A DNA stretch of 59,568 nt, filler included. It is 7 parts of 7 records of this genome, joined end to end, with 100 filler letters (N's around TTAATTAATTAA, not from the genome) between each part and the next. Parts side by side here need not be neighbours in the genome. Positions count along the whole stretch, not along the records: positions 37,751 to 46,923 come from SRR31156797_64751; positions 47,024 to 53,333 come from SRR31156797_64767; 5 more parts are not named here. One strand, given 5' to 3'. A model generated the notes under the pieces. It searched no databases. It had not been told where the DNA came from and was given only the letters and a program-made list of their open reading frames with translations. This document shows, in pieces, positions 42,760-52,826 of the stretch. The translations under genes and the position numbers were made by a program. Position 1 is the stretch's first letter. The number at the start of each line of letters is the position of its first letter.

Positions 42760-44382
42760 CTAAGCCTCTTTTTCATTCAACCAGCCTTTCAAATGTGCAA
42801 GATTCTGATCCTGGTTTTCCTCAATTAATGCCAATGCTTTGTCTCTGTACGGCAAATCTTTTCCGTATTCGCTTTCGATCTCTTCCAGGGTTTTGGGTAA
42901 CTGCGCAAGCATTTGGCCGCTTCCGGCGGGGCTGGAAGTCAGCCATCTGATGAGCGGCCTTACAACAAACAAAAACAAAAAAATAAAGAAAAGGCCCATG
43001 GAAGCGCTTTTCGCCGAAGGCGCATATTTTTCCACATAAGCCAGCCAACCCTTTTCATTCGGATCTTCTTCAGATGCAACCGGTGTCAAAGGCTCAAAAG
43101 GGATATTGATCACTTCCACTTCATCACCTCTTGCAGAATCAAAATTGACGGCACGTTTTACGATTCGCTCAAGTTTCTCCATCTCCTCATCGGTTCTGGG
43201 CACATAGACCGCTTGTTTTCCATTATCCTCCCCCTTTTCATTATCCATGGGCTTTCTTGTGCCATCAACAATAACAGCCACCGATAACCGCTTGATGGCG
43301 GCAAAGGGTTCTATGGTGTGGCTGGTGACCTTGCTGATCTCATAATTTACGGTACGCTCCTGTTTGTGAAAACGGTTTTCGGAAGCCCCCGATTCCCCAC
43401 TCTTTTTTTTGGCCTCTTCTCCGGTTAAATTTCCGGCAGCGGTATTGGATAACACGCCGGGCACACCTGAAGGCCCCTTTTCCGAACCCGAAGATTCATT
43501 AAAAAACTGCTCGCTACGAACAGCGTTTTTGTCCGGGAAAAACTTCTCCTCAGTCCGTTCCTGACGTTTGAAATCCAATTCACATGCCACTTTCACAGTT
43601 GCTTTTCCCGGTCCCAAAGGCTTTTCAAGCATGGATTGGATCCGACGCTCCATCCCCTTTTCAATTTTCTCCTGCAAAGCGAGCTGATCCGAATTGGGTG
43701 TTCCGCTTTGAGAATCCACCTCGCTTCCGGCCAACATCTTTCCATAATTATCCACGATGGTGACGTTCTCCGGCTTGAGACCCGAAACACTGGATGAAAC
43801 CAGATGCACCACTGCCTGCACCTGAGGTTTCTTCAACCATCTTCCCGGACTGAGCTTGACGATTATGGAAGCCGAAGCGGGCGTTTCATCCTCAAGGAAC
43901 AGGGATTTTGACGGCATGACAATATGCACCCTTGTGCTTTCAACTTCATCAAGACCGTTAATGGTCCGTGATAATTCACCCTGCAATGCCCTCTGATAAT
44001 TTACATTTTGCACAAATTCGGTCATGCCCAGCTTGGTATCATCGAAGATTTCAAATCCAATCCCGCTCCCTCTCGGTAATCCCCTGGAAGCCAGCTCAAG
44101 TCTGACTTCGTGAATCTGTTCAATGGGAATCATTATGGCATTTCCATTTCCGGAAGTTTTATAGGGAATCTTTTTCTCTTTAAGGGAACCGATAATGGCG
44201 CCACCATCCTCCGGAGACAAGTTTGAATAGAGTAACTGATAGTCGGGGCTTCCCGTCCAGAATGCCAGAAAGATGAATCCCGTGAAGGTGGCGGCTACAA
44301 ACCCGATCAGCGTAACCCGTTTCGCAATGGAAAGGGAGGCAAACAAGTTTTTTGCCTGGGAAGGGAAATTGCTTATGGACAT
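42760..44382 (-). CDS. fliF: Flagellar MS-ring protein
   Basis: GFEIFD, GMTEFVQNVNYQRALQGEL, RVHIVMP, RGDEV. Confidence 0.95.
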   Translation of the reverse strand: MSISNFPSQAKNLFASLSIAKRVTLIGFVAATFTGFIFLAFWTGSPDYQLLYSNLSPEDGGAIIGSLKEKKIPYKTSGNGNAIMIPIEQIHEVRLELASRGLPRGSGIGFEIFDDTKLGMTEFVQNVNYQRALQGELSRTINGLDEVESTRVHIVMPSKSLFLEDETPASASIIVKLSPGRWLKKPQVQAVVHLVSSSVSGLKPENVTIVDNYGKMLAGSEVDSQSGTPNSDQLALQEKIEKGMERRIQSMLEKPLGPGKATVKVACELDFKRQERTEEKFFPDKNAVRSEQFFNESSGSEKGPSGVPGVLSNTAAGNLTGEEAKKKSGESGASENRFHKQERTVNYEISKVTSHTIEPFAAIKRLSVAVIVDGTRKPMDNEKGEDNGKQAVYVPRTDEEMEKLERIVKRAVNFDSARGDEVEVINIPFEPLTPVASEEDPNEKGWLAYVEKYAPSAKSASMGLFFIFLFLFVVRPLIRWLTSSPAGSGQMLAQLPKTLEEIESEYGKDLPYRDKALALIEENQDQNLAHLKGWLNEKEA

Positions 44383-44394
44383 GAAAATTCTCCG

Positions 44395-44697
44395 CTAAAC
44401 GCCCATCCGCATCATTTCTTTATAGGCATCGATAACTTTGTTACGCGTTTGCATTAACAGCTGAAAAGAAACGCTCGCTTTTTCCATGGCAATCATGGTT
44501 TGGTGAATATCCACATTTTTTCCCTCAGCCAATCCCTGAACCGAATGATCCGCCTCATTTTTCATTTGATTCACCTTGTCGATGGCTCCGGAAAGGGTTT
44601 TGGCAAAAGACCCGCCATCTTCCCCCGAAGGGGCCCCTTCTTTCACCTGTTTCAAACCCGGAAATTCCAAATGGTTGTTGATGGATATTTTTTCCAT
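44395..44697 (-). CDS. fliE: Flagellar hook-basal body protein
   Basis: DIHQTMIAMEKA...RNKVIDAYKEMMRM. Confidence 0.94.
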   Translation of the reverse strand: MEKISINNHLEFPGLKQVKEGAPSGEDGGSFAKTLSGAIDKVNQMKNEADHSVQGLAEGKNVDIHQTMIAMEKASVSFQLLMQTRNKVIDAYKEMMRMGV

Positions 44698-44698
44698 G

Positions 44699-45136
44699 TT
44701 ACCTCCCGATTTCCAGGGCTTTCAAAGCCATATCCTTGGTGGCTTTGATAGCCGTGGCATTCGCTTCGTAACTTCTGGAAGCGGATATCATATTGGCCAT
44801 TTCCTCCATCAGGTTGATGTTGGGGGTTTTCACGTAACCCCTCTTATCAGCGTCCGGATGTTGCGGGTTGTATTTTGCGTGGGGCTCTCTTGGATCTTCG
44901 ATGATCTCATCAACACGAACTTCCGATATGGGTTTGCCCATGCGGCTGCTCAAAACGTCTCCAAACGATGGATTGAGCGGTTTTCCGGCAAACACCACAT
45001 CTTTTCTTCGATAGGGCCCCCCACCAGGCGTTCGCGTGGTATTGATGTTGGCCAAATTGCTGCTGGTCACGTTCATTCTGAGCCGTTGGGCGGAAAGCCC
45101 CGAAGCACCAATGCGAAGCGCATTAATAAAATTCAT
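44699..45136 (-). CDS. flgC: Flagellar proximal rod protein
   Basis: SGLSAQRLRMN..SSNLAN, PYRRK, HPDAD, RSYEAN. Confidence 0.96.
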   Translation of the reverse strand: MNFINALRIGASGLSAQRLRMNVTSSNLANINTTRTPGGGPYRRKDVVFAGKPLNPSFGDVLSSRMGKPISEVRVDEIIEDPREPHAKYNPQHPDADKRGYVKTPNINLMEEMANMISASRSYEANATAIKATKDMALKALEIGR

Positions 45137-45138
45137 TT

Positions 45139-45555
45139 TTATTGACCTCCTTTAATGGCATCTTTCAGACCCTGAAATTTTCTTGAAATAATTTGCGCCA
45201 GAGCGTCATACATCAAATTGTTTTCCGAGAGTTTCGCCATCTCGTTGTCAATGTCAACTGTGTTACCATCCTGTCTTAAGGTTGTCTGCTGCCTCTCCTC
45301 CAGTGTTGGCTGAACATTCCCCGTAGCCCCGTTTCTACCTGAAAGATGTGTTTGATGTGTCTTTTTGACCGGAGTTGTACCGCCAGCACCTTTTGTTTTT
45401 TCCATTTCCTCTTCAATAATCACATCAAAAGCCTTGTAATTCGGTGTGTCCATGTTGGCGATATTCGACATCACCACGTTATGTTTCGTACTGCGAAGAT
45501 CCATGGCCCTTTCCAAAAGTTGAAATGTTCCTTTAAACATTCCCTGCGATTCCAT
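45139..45555 (-). CDS. flgB: Flagellar proximal rod protein
   Basis: NIANMDTPNYK, DGNTVDID. Confidence 0.96.
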   Translation of the reverse strand: MESQGMFKGTFQLLERAMDLRSTKHNVVMSNIANMDTPNYKAFDVIIEEEMEKTKGAGGTTPVKKTHQTHLSGRNGATGNVQPTLEERQQTTLRQDGNTVDIDNEMAKLSENNLMYDALAQIISRKFQGLKDAIKGGQ

Positions 45556-45648
45556 CTTCTTTCACCTCCCATGGCGCCCGGCTGATTCGCGCTTAAGGCC
45601 ATTTTTCATTTAAAATACCTTCGCCCGACGGTTTCAGGCATCAGGTTC

Positions 45649-46923
45649 TCAACATTTACCTTCTTCTTTATATTCCCTGAGTTTGTTACGTAGCGTTCTG
45701 ATGCTAATGCCTAACATTTCTGCTGCATGGGTGCGATTATGGTTTAATTTATCCAATGTGGCAAAAATCAACTTTCGCTCCATTTCTCTCACGGATAGAC
45801 CCACCCCGATGGGTTCCGCGTTAACTTTTTCCCCTTGATTTTCTGAAAGGAAAAGGTGATCCGCCCCAATGACTTCTCCCTCTGAAAGCAACATGGCCCG
45901 GTAAATTCTGTTTTCAAGTTCCCTTACATTTCCAGGCCAATCCAGTCCCATCAAGGTAGAGAGGGCGCCATCGGACAGGGTCATTAACCTTTTACCGCTT
46001 TCCCGCTCATATTTTTTCAAAAAGTGATTCGCCAACAAAGGGATATCCTCTTTCCTTTCTCTCAAAGGTGGTATCTCAAGGGGAATCACATTGATTCTGA
46101 AGAAAAGATCCTCTCTGAATCTCCCGTCATGCACCGCTTTTTTCAGATCCACATTACTGATTGCGATGATTCTCACCCGGACCGGAACCGGTTTGCAGCC
46201 ACCCACACGATCCAGAACCCTTTCCTGAATGATTCGAAGGAGTTTTGCCTGGGTCTGCAAGGGCATCTCGCTGATTTCATCCAGAACGATGGTGCCGTGG
46301 TTTGCCAGTTCAAATTTCCCCTTTTTTCGAGTGACAGCCCCCGTAAAAGCCCCCTTTTCATGACCGAAAAGCTCACTTTCCGCCAGGTTTTCAGGCAGGG
46401 ATGCACAGTTCACCGCAACATAGGGGCTTTGCCTCAACAGGCTGTGATGATGTATAAAACCTGCCAATACTTCTTTTCCGGTGCCGCTTTCACCCTGAAT
46501 CAAAACAGTGGCATTGCTGGGCGCCACTTTCTTTGCTATTTTCAAAACCTGTTGCATCTTTGAACTGTGGGTGATGACTTCACCTTGTTTAGCGGTGCCG
46601 CGCCCATTACCCGTTTCCGGACGTCCGCCATTTGAATTGCCAACTGCCCGCTTTACCGCCAATTCCAGCGCTTCGGAAGATACGGTTTTCAGAATGTAGT
46701 CCGAAGCCCCGCACTGCATGGCTTTGACGGCACTGTCAATACTTCCATTTGCCTCGGTCATAATCACCGGAATTTTTGGCGCAATCTTTTTCAATTTTTC
46801 CAACACCGCAATCCCGCCCATTTTTGGGATATTGATTTCGGAAATAACCAGTTCGAAGGCCTTTTCCTTGAATCTGTCCAACGCCTCCATGCCGCTGGAA
46901 ACGGTAACCACATCATGTCCACC
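45649..46923 (-). CDS. Sigma-54-dependent activator (REC-AAA+-Fis HTH; FlrC/FleR-like), 5'-truncated
   Basis: GESGTGKE, ESELFGHEKGAFTGA, WPGNVREL, NRTHAAEMLGISIRTLRNKL. Confidence 0.93.
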   Translation of the reverse strand, partial: GGHDVVTVSSGMEALDRFKEKAFELVISEINIPKMGGIAVLEKLKKIAPKIPVIMTEANGSIDSAVKAMQCGASDYILKTVSSEALELAVKRAVGNSNGGRPETGNGRGTAKQGEVITHSSKMQQVLKIAKKVAPSNATVLIQGESGTGKEVLAGFIHHHSLLRQSPYVAVNCASLPENLAESELFGHEKGAFTGAVTRKKGKFELANHGTIVLDEISEMPLQTQAKLLRIIQERVLDRVGGCKPVPVRVRIIAISNVDLKKAVHDGRFREDLFFRINVIPLEIPPLRERKEDIPLLANHFLKKYERESGKRLMTLSDGALSTLMGLDWPGNVRELENRIYRAMLLSEGEVIGADHLFLSENQGEKVNAEPIGVGLSVREMERKLIFATLDKLNHNRTHAAEMLGISIRTLRNKLREYKEEGKC

Positions 46924-47023
46924 NNNNNNNNNNNNNNNNNNNNNNNNNNNNNNNNNNNNNNNNNNNNTTAATTAATTAANNNNNNNNNNNNNNNNNNNNN
47001 NNNNNNNNNNNNNNNNNNNNNNN
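46924..47023. other. Artificial contig linker
   Basis: 44 N + TTAATTAATTAA + 44 N. Confidence 0.98.
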
Positions 47024-48193
47024 ATTGTTGAAATCATGGGCAATCCCGCCGGCCAGGGTACCGATGGATTCCATTTTCTGGGATTGCTGGAGTTGCGCTT
47101 CAAGCCTTTTCTGTTCGGTAATATCCCTGAGAAAACTCAGTGCGGCAGGCCGTCCCTCCCACGGAATCAAGACCGTGTTGAGCTGCACCGTTTTTTCCAT
47201 GCCGGCTTTATTAATGATTCGAAAGGAATAACTGCTGGCGATCTTTTCCCCCTTGAGGCGCCGTGCATGCCTCTCCAGTACAAACGCCCTGTCTTCCGGA
47301 TGGATGAGATTGCCAATATGCATCGAAACCAGTTCTTTGGTGGGATATCCGGTCAGTTGTTCCGTCTTTGGGTTTGGGAATTTGATCACCCCGTCCTGGG
47401 CAATAAAGATGGCATCATTGGCGTTGTCAACCAACAGGCGATATTTCTCCTCGCTTTTTCGCAGGTCCGTCAGCGCCAAGTCCCGTTCCTGCTCCCGTAT
47501 GGATAGATATTCGAGCATGCTGTTAAACCCTGAACAGAGCACGGCGATCTCATCATTACCGTCATCCGGCGCCCTGACCGTAAAGTCCTCATTTACGGTG
47601 ATGGCCCGGGTCAAGCCCGCCAGATGGAGGATGGGGCCGGAGATCAATTTCTGCAGCCCGGCAGCCAGAATGACGGAAATAAAGAACAAGATCGCCATAC
47701 CGGGGAGCAGGCTGAAAAAAAGCGTCCTTGTCTTTGTCAACAATTCAATGGTATTGGCGCAGATATGAATAATGCCATAATGTTCCCCCTGGTACACAAC
47801 CGGCTGAACGATATGGAGGAATTGCCGGTGAAAGATCCCCTCAGTCAGGGGCGGCGCCCGCCTTGGGACGGCAATGGCCGGATTCCTGCTGAACGCACTG
47901 AAGAGCGCCCCCGATTTATCGAACAGGTGGGCCGCCTCGATGGTGGGAACCGCTTCAAGTTTTTTCAGGGCCTCTTCCGCCCCGGCCCGATCCTGAAATG
48001 TCAGGGTCGGCACACAATATTCCGCCACCAGCTGGGCATTGACCTGCATATTCTGTTTCATCTCTGTCTTGAGCATCTGATACTGCAGCCAGCCGTTCAG
48101 GGCGTAGGCCAGCAGGATACTGAGGGTGGTGACAAAGAGAATAATGCCGATCAGTTTAACACGGATGGAATAATTTTTACTTGTCATCATCAA
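47024..48193 (-). CDS. Sensor histidine kinase (periplasmic CHASE8-like, HAMP, PAS), 3'-truncated
   Basis: Two TMs, HAMP DEIAVLCSGFNSM, PAS, H-box QKMESIGTLAGGIAHDFNN. Confidence 0.9.
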
Positions 48194-48768
48194 ACTCCGC
48201 TTGAGGAGTCAACCAGCTTGGCAACCTTGAGAAGAAGATAGCTGATCGTCAGCCCCGATTGCCGGGCGGCCTTGTGGTTGATCTCAAACCGAACCTGCTT
48301 TTTCTCCATGAACATGTTGATGTGTACGCCTTTCCGGCCATATCCGGTGCTATCGGAAACGGTCAGCACAGGATAATCCCGGATAACGGCAATGATCGTC
48401 TTCAGGCTCTCGACATCGGTTTCCGCGATAAAAAGCATATGACACCCGCTAATTTCCTCAACGGCTTTAAGGTGACGAATTTCAACGGGTTTCCCCTTGA
48501 TGGGTTGATCCGCATAAACCGTCTCAAGAATGGAATCAAAGGGATCACGGCGAATGATACCAATGACAAATGGGGTTCCGGCACGGTCAAGCCCTGCTTC
48601 CACAGGCCACTGCACAAAGCGGGTAAACCGTTCCAGAAAAATGGCCTTGAGCAGATACTCCTGGGATGTTAAATCGGTCTCCTGGGAGAGCGCCCCCACA
48701 GGGATGAACACGAAAAGCAAGACAGAAATGACGATGCGCTTGATCATGGGGGAAATTTGCCTATCCAT
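48190..48768 (-). CDS. YfiR-family (DUF4154) periplasmic protein
   Basis: EYLLKAIFL..F..FVQWP, CHMLFI, PVLTVSD, VRFEIN, SYLLLKVA. Confidence 0.88.
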   Translation of the reverse strand: MDRQISPMIKRIVISVLLFVFIPVGALSQETDLTSQEYLLKAIFLERFTRFVQWPVEAGLDRAGTPFVIGIIRRDPFDSILETVYADQPIKGKPVEIRHLKAVEEISGCHMLFIAETDVESLKTIIAVIRDYPVLTVSDSTGYGRKGVHINMFMEKKQVRFEINHKAARQSGLTISYLLLKVAKLVDSSSGV

Positions 48769-49086
48769 TTTAGAAACCGATCTCCCGCTTTATTCCAACT
48801 GAAACAGGTTCATCAAAAAAGGAGCACAGCCTCGCATATCCTGCTCGATATTTACATGAATACTACGGATGGATCATTTTATTACGAATGGGTCCAGACA
48901 AAAATGATCATATACGCCATATGGTGTCAAGTTTTTTTAGAGGAGGGAGGTGACTTAATAGTGATGGGCCACCCGTTTATGATGCAAAGAACAAGGCCGG
49001 ACGCTGATTCCGTAAGCCCGTCCACCGGTAATGGACTGCCAGGGAAACGAACCCTTTGGGGAATTGCGACCGGCCTTGGGAGTTGA

Positions 49087-50412
49087 TCAGCCGTTGTTCC
49101 GTTTTTTGCCGTGGATCACGATGGCCAGAACGCTGCACACAAACAGCAGCCAGCAATACTGCACATTGGCGATCACCGACAACGGTGAAATGACAAAGAT
49201 GGATGCGGCCAGGAGGATCTGGGCCCCCCAGGGAATGGTGCCCTGGCAGATGCAGGAAAAGATATCAAGGATGCCTGCGGAACGCTTGGGCTCCACCCCG
49301 TTGTTTTCAGCGATATTCCGGGCCACGTCCCCTGTGACCAGGATGGCAACGGTGTTGTTGGCCGTACAAAGGTTGGTCAGAAAGACCAGCAGGCCGATGC
49401 CGAGCTCCGCAAACAGGAGCTTGTTCTTCCCGGAGGAGAAGCGCTGGATGAACCCCTCCACCTTCCGCTCGAGGAAGGCCAGCCCCCCCTGCTCCTTCAT
49501 CAGGGCGCCCAAGCCGCCGATGAAGATCGAAAGGATAAAGATCTCCTGCATGCCGGTGAACCCCGCATAGATGCTCTTGGCATAGGAGAGAAAGGTGAAA
49601 TCAGGAACGGTGAGGAACCCTGCAACCCCTGCCAGCACCACCCCGGTAAAGAGTACGGCAAAGACGTTGAGGCCCGCAAGGGCCATCACAAGGATGGTGG
49701 CATAGGGAACCACCTGGAGAATCTGATAGGGCTTGTCCCCGTCAACTGCGCAGTCTCCGCCCTGGAAGGCCAGGAACACAACGGTGATCAGGGCCGCTGG
49801 AACGGCAATGAAAAAGTTGACCCGAAACTTGTCCTTCATGTTGCACCCCTGGGTCCGGGTGGCGGCAATGGTGGTGTCTGAGATGATGGAGAGGTTGTCA
49901 CCAAACATGGCCCCGCCCATGACGGCGCCCGCCACCAGGGGCAATCCAAGCCCGGCCTTGGGGGCGATGCCAAGGGCGATGGGGGCAAGGGCGGCGATGG
50001 TGCCCATGGAGGTGCCCATGGCCGTGGAGATGAGGGCGCCCACCACAAAGAGGCCCGGCAGCAGAAAGGCGGAAGGGATCACGGCCATGGCAAGGTTAAC
50101 CGTCGATTCAACCCCCCCTGTGGCCTTGGCAACGGAGCTGAACGCCCCGGCAAGCAGGTAGATCATGCACATGGCCATGATATTGGAGTGACCGGCCCCG
50201 GAAAGAAAGTTCTCCACAGTCTGGTTCAGGGGTCTTCTGGACAGCATCACGGCCAGCAGAATGGCCGGAAGGGCCGCAACAGGGGTTGCAACCTGGTAAA
50301 AGGCAAAATCGGCTCCCGTGGCCTGGAAATAGACGCCGCTTCCCACAAAAATGGCAAGAAACAGGGCCAGGGGGGCCAGGGCGCGTTTGGAAATGGGTGT
50401 TTCAGAACTCAA
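49087..50412 (-). CDS. NhaC-family Na+/H+ antiporter / amino-acid transporter
   Basis: GTSMGTI, GGAMFGDNLSIISDTTIAATRTQG. Confidence 0.9.
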   Translation of the reverse strand: MSSETPISKRALAPLALFLAIFVGSGVYFQATGADFAFYQVATPVAALPAILLAVMLSRRPLNQTVENFLSGAGHSNIMAMCMIYLLAGAFSSVAKATGGVESTVNLAMAVIPSAFLLPGLFVVGALISTAMGTSMGTIAALAPIALGIAPKAGLGLPLVAGAVMGGAMFGDNLSIISDTTIAATRTQGCNMKDKFRVNFFIAVPAALITVVFLAFQGGDCAVDGDKPYQILQVVPYATILVMALAGLNVFAVLFTGVVLAGVAGFLTVPDFTFLSYAKSIYAGFTGMQEIFILSIFIGGLGALMKEQGGLAFLERKVEGFIQRFSSGKNKLLFAELGIGLLVFLTNLCTANNTVAILVTGDVARNIAENNGVEPKRSAGILDIFSCICQGTIPWGAQILLAASIFVISPLSVIANVQYCWLLFVCSVLAIVIHGKKRNNG

Positions 50413-50563
50413 TGGACGGTTTCCTCTTTATTAATAACAGTGTTAAATTATTGCCAAATGCCGCAAAAAACAGCAAAATTGGCACCGTATCAGCAAAGGG
50501 CCGGTCCGTCAAGCCTGGCAGGTAAAAATACGCGTTCTCTTTTGAAAAGAGTCTTGGTCCGGT

Positions 50564-50953
50564 TCAGGGGACGTCGCGTCTTATACGCCCCCTGAAAATC
50601 CCCTTAGAAATGTTAGTAAAATCGTAGTAACCGTTCATCAGAAACGCGGTGGCCCGGTTTTTTCCTTCCAGGTCAAAGCGGTTGCCGCGGAATGTCAACT
50701 CGCTGAAATCATTGGTCTGGTGTGTCAGTTCACCTTCGATCCGGATATTGCCAAAATCATAGCCCAGGGCCGCGCCCAGGGCCACCCCATCATCCTGTTC
50801 CGTCTCCATGGAGAGTCCGGATTGTTTAATGTCAGAATCCAATGGCATTGCCGTGCCAATGCTGACCGTTCCATAAACACCTTCCGCACTGTAAGCCGTT
50901 GTTGAAAAGACGAGGGCCATAACCCCGCCGATGATCATCCCGATTTTTGTCAT
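50564..50953 (-). pseudogene. Outer-membrane beta-barrel (porin/OmpA-like) gene, 3'-truncated
   Basis: Signal peptide, ALGYDFG, RIEGE, FLMNGYYDF, then an unrelated tail; lacks PY.G.G.G and terminal aromatic strand. Confidence 0.65.
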
Positions 50954-51173
50954 TTCCTACTCCATTTTACTAGGTTTAAAATGGCGCATGTTATATTACC
51001 CCTGGTGAAAAGGTCAATATTTTTTGACAAATCAGCCTGTTCTGAAAGGGAGGAGGGATCATTTCCTTACCATGGGGGGAATGGACCTGGGCAGGCGATA
51101 CATTTTCCACTTGACTTTCCAGAACGACTATTTTAAAAAAACAATCGTAACCTTTTTAAAGAGAGAGTGTATC

Positions 51174-51755
51174 ATGGCCCGTTGTAAAGAATATGACTGT
51201 CAAACCGTTTTGGACGCCGCCACCCGGGCATTCTGGGAGAAGGGGTACAAGGGGATTTCCATCAACGACCTGGTCAAGGCCACGGGACTCAACAAACACA
51301 GCATGTACCAGGAGTTTGGGAGCAAGGAAGGCCTGTTTGGTGAGTGTATCGACAACTATGTCCATGCCCTCAACCGGGATTTCGGCCGGGTGCTCAGGCG
51401 CAAGCCCCTGGGGCTGAAGAACATCGACGACTTTTTTCGAAACAGAATCGATTACGCCGCGTCAGGAAAGAGCATCGGGTGCCTGCTGGTTTCCACGGTG
51501 GTGGAAAAGGAGCAGGTGGACGAGGCCGTGTTCGATCGTGTCAAGCGGCACATGGCATTACAGCAAGAAGATATCTGTCGTTGCCTGGTGGCGGCCCAGG
51601 AAAAGGGGGAGGTCCCCCCGGACAAGGATCCCGAAGTCCTGGCCGGTTATCTCTTCTCCTTTTTGATGGGGCTTGCCGTGATGGGCCGAACAAACCCCAG
51701 CAAAGCATCTGTGGAGAAATTGTATGAGATGGTGATCTCCACCGTAAAAAGCTGA
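51174..51755 (+). CDS. TetR/AcrR-family regulator (NemR-like)
   Basis: FWEKGYKGISINDLVKATGLNKHSMYQEFGSKEGLF, GCLLV; start at ATG 51174. Confidence 0.92.
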   Translation: MARCKEYDCQTVLDAATRAFWEKGYKGISINDLVKATGLNKHSMYQEFGSKEGLFGECIDNYVHALNRDFGRVLRRKPLGLKNIDDFFRNRIDYAASGKSIGCLLVSTVVEKEQVDEAVFDRVKRHMALQQEDICRCLVAAQEKGEVPPDKDPEVLAGYLFSFLMGLAVMGRTNPSKASVEKLYEMVISTVKS

Positions 51756-51847
51756 CCCTTTCTTGGGGCCAGAAACAGAACCAACGTTTCAATATAAATA
51801 GAAAGCCGATCCGGCCCACCAGCCTACCGCCGGCATAAAAAAAAAGG

Positions 51848-51997
51848 ATGCCACAGGCAAAGCAGATCGCCCGGGAGATGGCCGGTGTTCACCGGGCATC
51901 CGCGCAGATATCAGACAACAGTTCAACCGTCAAAGGCCGTGCCGGCGAGCTTTTCAACCTGGCGGTCCAACCCCGGCAAATGGTTGAACAATTCTAG
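51848..51997 (+). pseudogene. C-terminal remnant of a methyl-accepting chemotaxis protein
   Basis: Manual translation MPQAKQIAREMAGVHRASAQISDNSSTVKGRAGELFNLAVQPRQMVEQF* resembles an MCP C-terminal methylation helix. Confidence 0.6.
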
Positions 51998-52822
51998 CTA
52001 TGAAGGCGCTTCGGGGCCGGGCACCATCTGCTGAACATCCGCTTCCGTCAAAAGATGGGAAAACCGTTCGCCATGGCGGCTTTTCTCCTTGAAGAACCGG
52101 ATGCAGTTCCCAACAATGGCGAGCACCTCCGCTTCCGAATAGATTCCCGGCAGTTCCATGGCAAGCCGTGGATGGCGTCCCAACCGCCCCCCCAGCTGCA
52201 CCCGGTACCCCCGTTTCTCCTCCACAAGGGTGCCGCTGGGGCAGGCCGTGACGCACTGACCGCACATGACACAGCGATCAAAGGCGATCCCGGGGGGTTC
52301 CGGTTCCCCGGCAAGTTCAATGGCGTTCTCCTTACAGGCGGTCACACAGGCCTCGCAACCGGTGCAGGGCTCATCCGCCACCCGGGGAAGAACGGCCGCA
52401 ATAATCCCCACCCCCCTGATCTGGGGCTGGGAGCAGGCATTGGGGCACTCGGCAATGGCCACCCGGAACTCATGGTGAAACTTCAGATCGCCCGTCACCC
52501 GCTCCTTGAGAAAGGAGAGAAGATCCGCCTCTTTCAAAAGGGTTTCGATTTTCGAAACCAGGCCCTCCCCGGCATGGATCCGGTTGGGACACCCCCCGCT
52601 GCCAAAGCAGGTTTCAACCTGGTACCCCTTGATCTCCGAACTCATTTTTGAGAGAAACCGCGCCTGGGTGATTTTCACCTGGGCCAGGTCCACCTGGTCT
52701 TTGCCGCCCTTTGCGGCCTCCCCCTCCACACGCCTGCGAACCTTTTTCCTCACAAAAAAGGGCACCTTCCGGATCGCCGCCTCAGCTTCTTCTGTCCATT
52801 TCATGACCATCTCACTTCTCAA
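51998..52822 (-). CDS. 4Fe-4S protein: PCP_red-like N-terminal domain + nitrite/sulfite-reductase-like domain + ferredoxin
   Basis: WTEEAEAAIRKVPFFVR; CFG..GCPN; ECPNACSQPQI; two CxxCxxCxxxC; GGRLGRHP. Confidence 0.85.
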   Translation of the reverse strand: MRSEMVMKWTEEAEAAIRKVPFFVRKKVRRRVEGEAAKGGKDQVDLAQVKITQARFLSKMSSEIKGYQVETCFGSGGCPNRIHAGEGLVSKIETLLKEADLLSFLKERVTGDLKFHHEFRVAIAECPNACSQPQIRGVGIIAAVLPRVADEPCTGCEACVTACKENAIELAGEPEPPGIAFDRCVMCGQCVTACPSGTLVEEKRGYRVQLGGRLGRHPRLAMELPGIYSEAEVLAIVGNCIRFFKEKSRHGERFSHLLTEADVQQMVPGPEAPS

Positions 52823-52826
52823 ACGT

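Noticed and set aside
45556-45648. Sigma-54 promoter for flgB
   Set aside because: TGGCCTTAAGCGCGA lacks GC at the -12 position
50413-50560. SAM or lysine riboswitch upstream of the NhaC transporter
   Set aside because: No recognisable aptamer motifs
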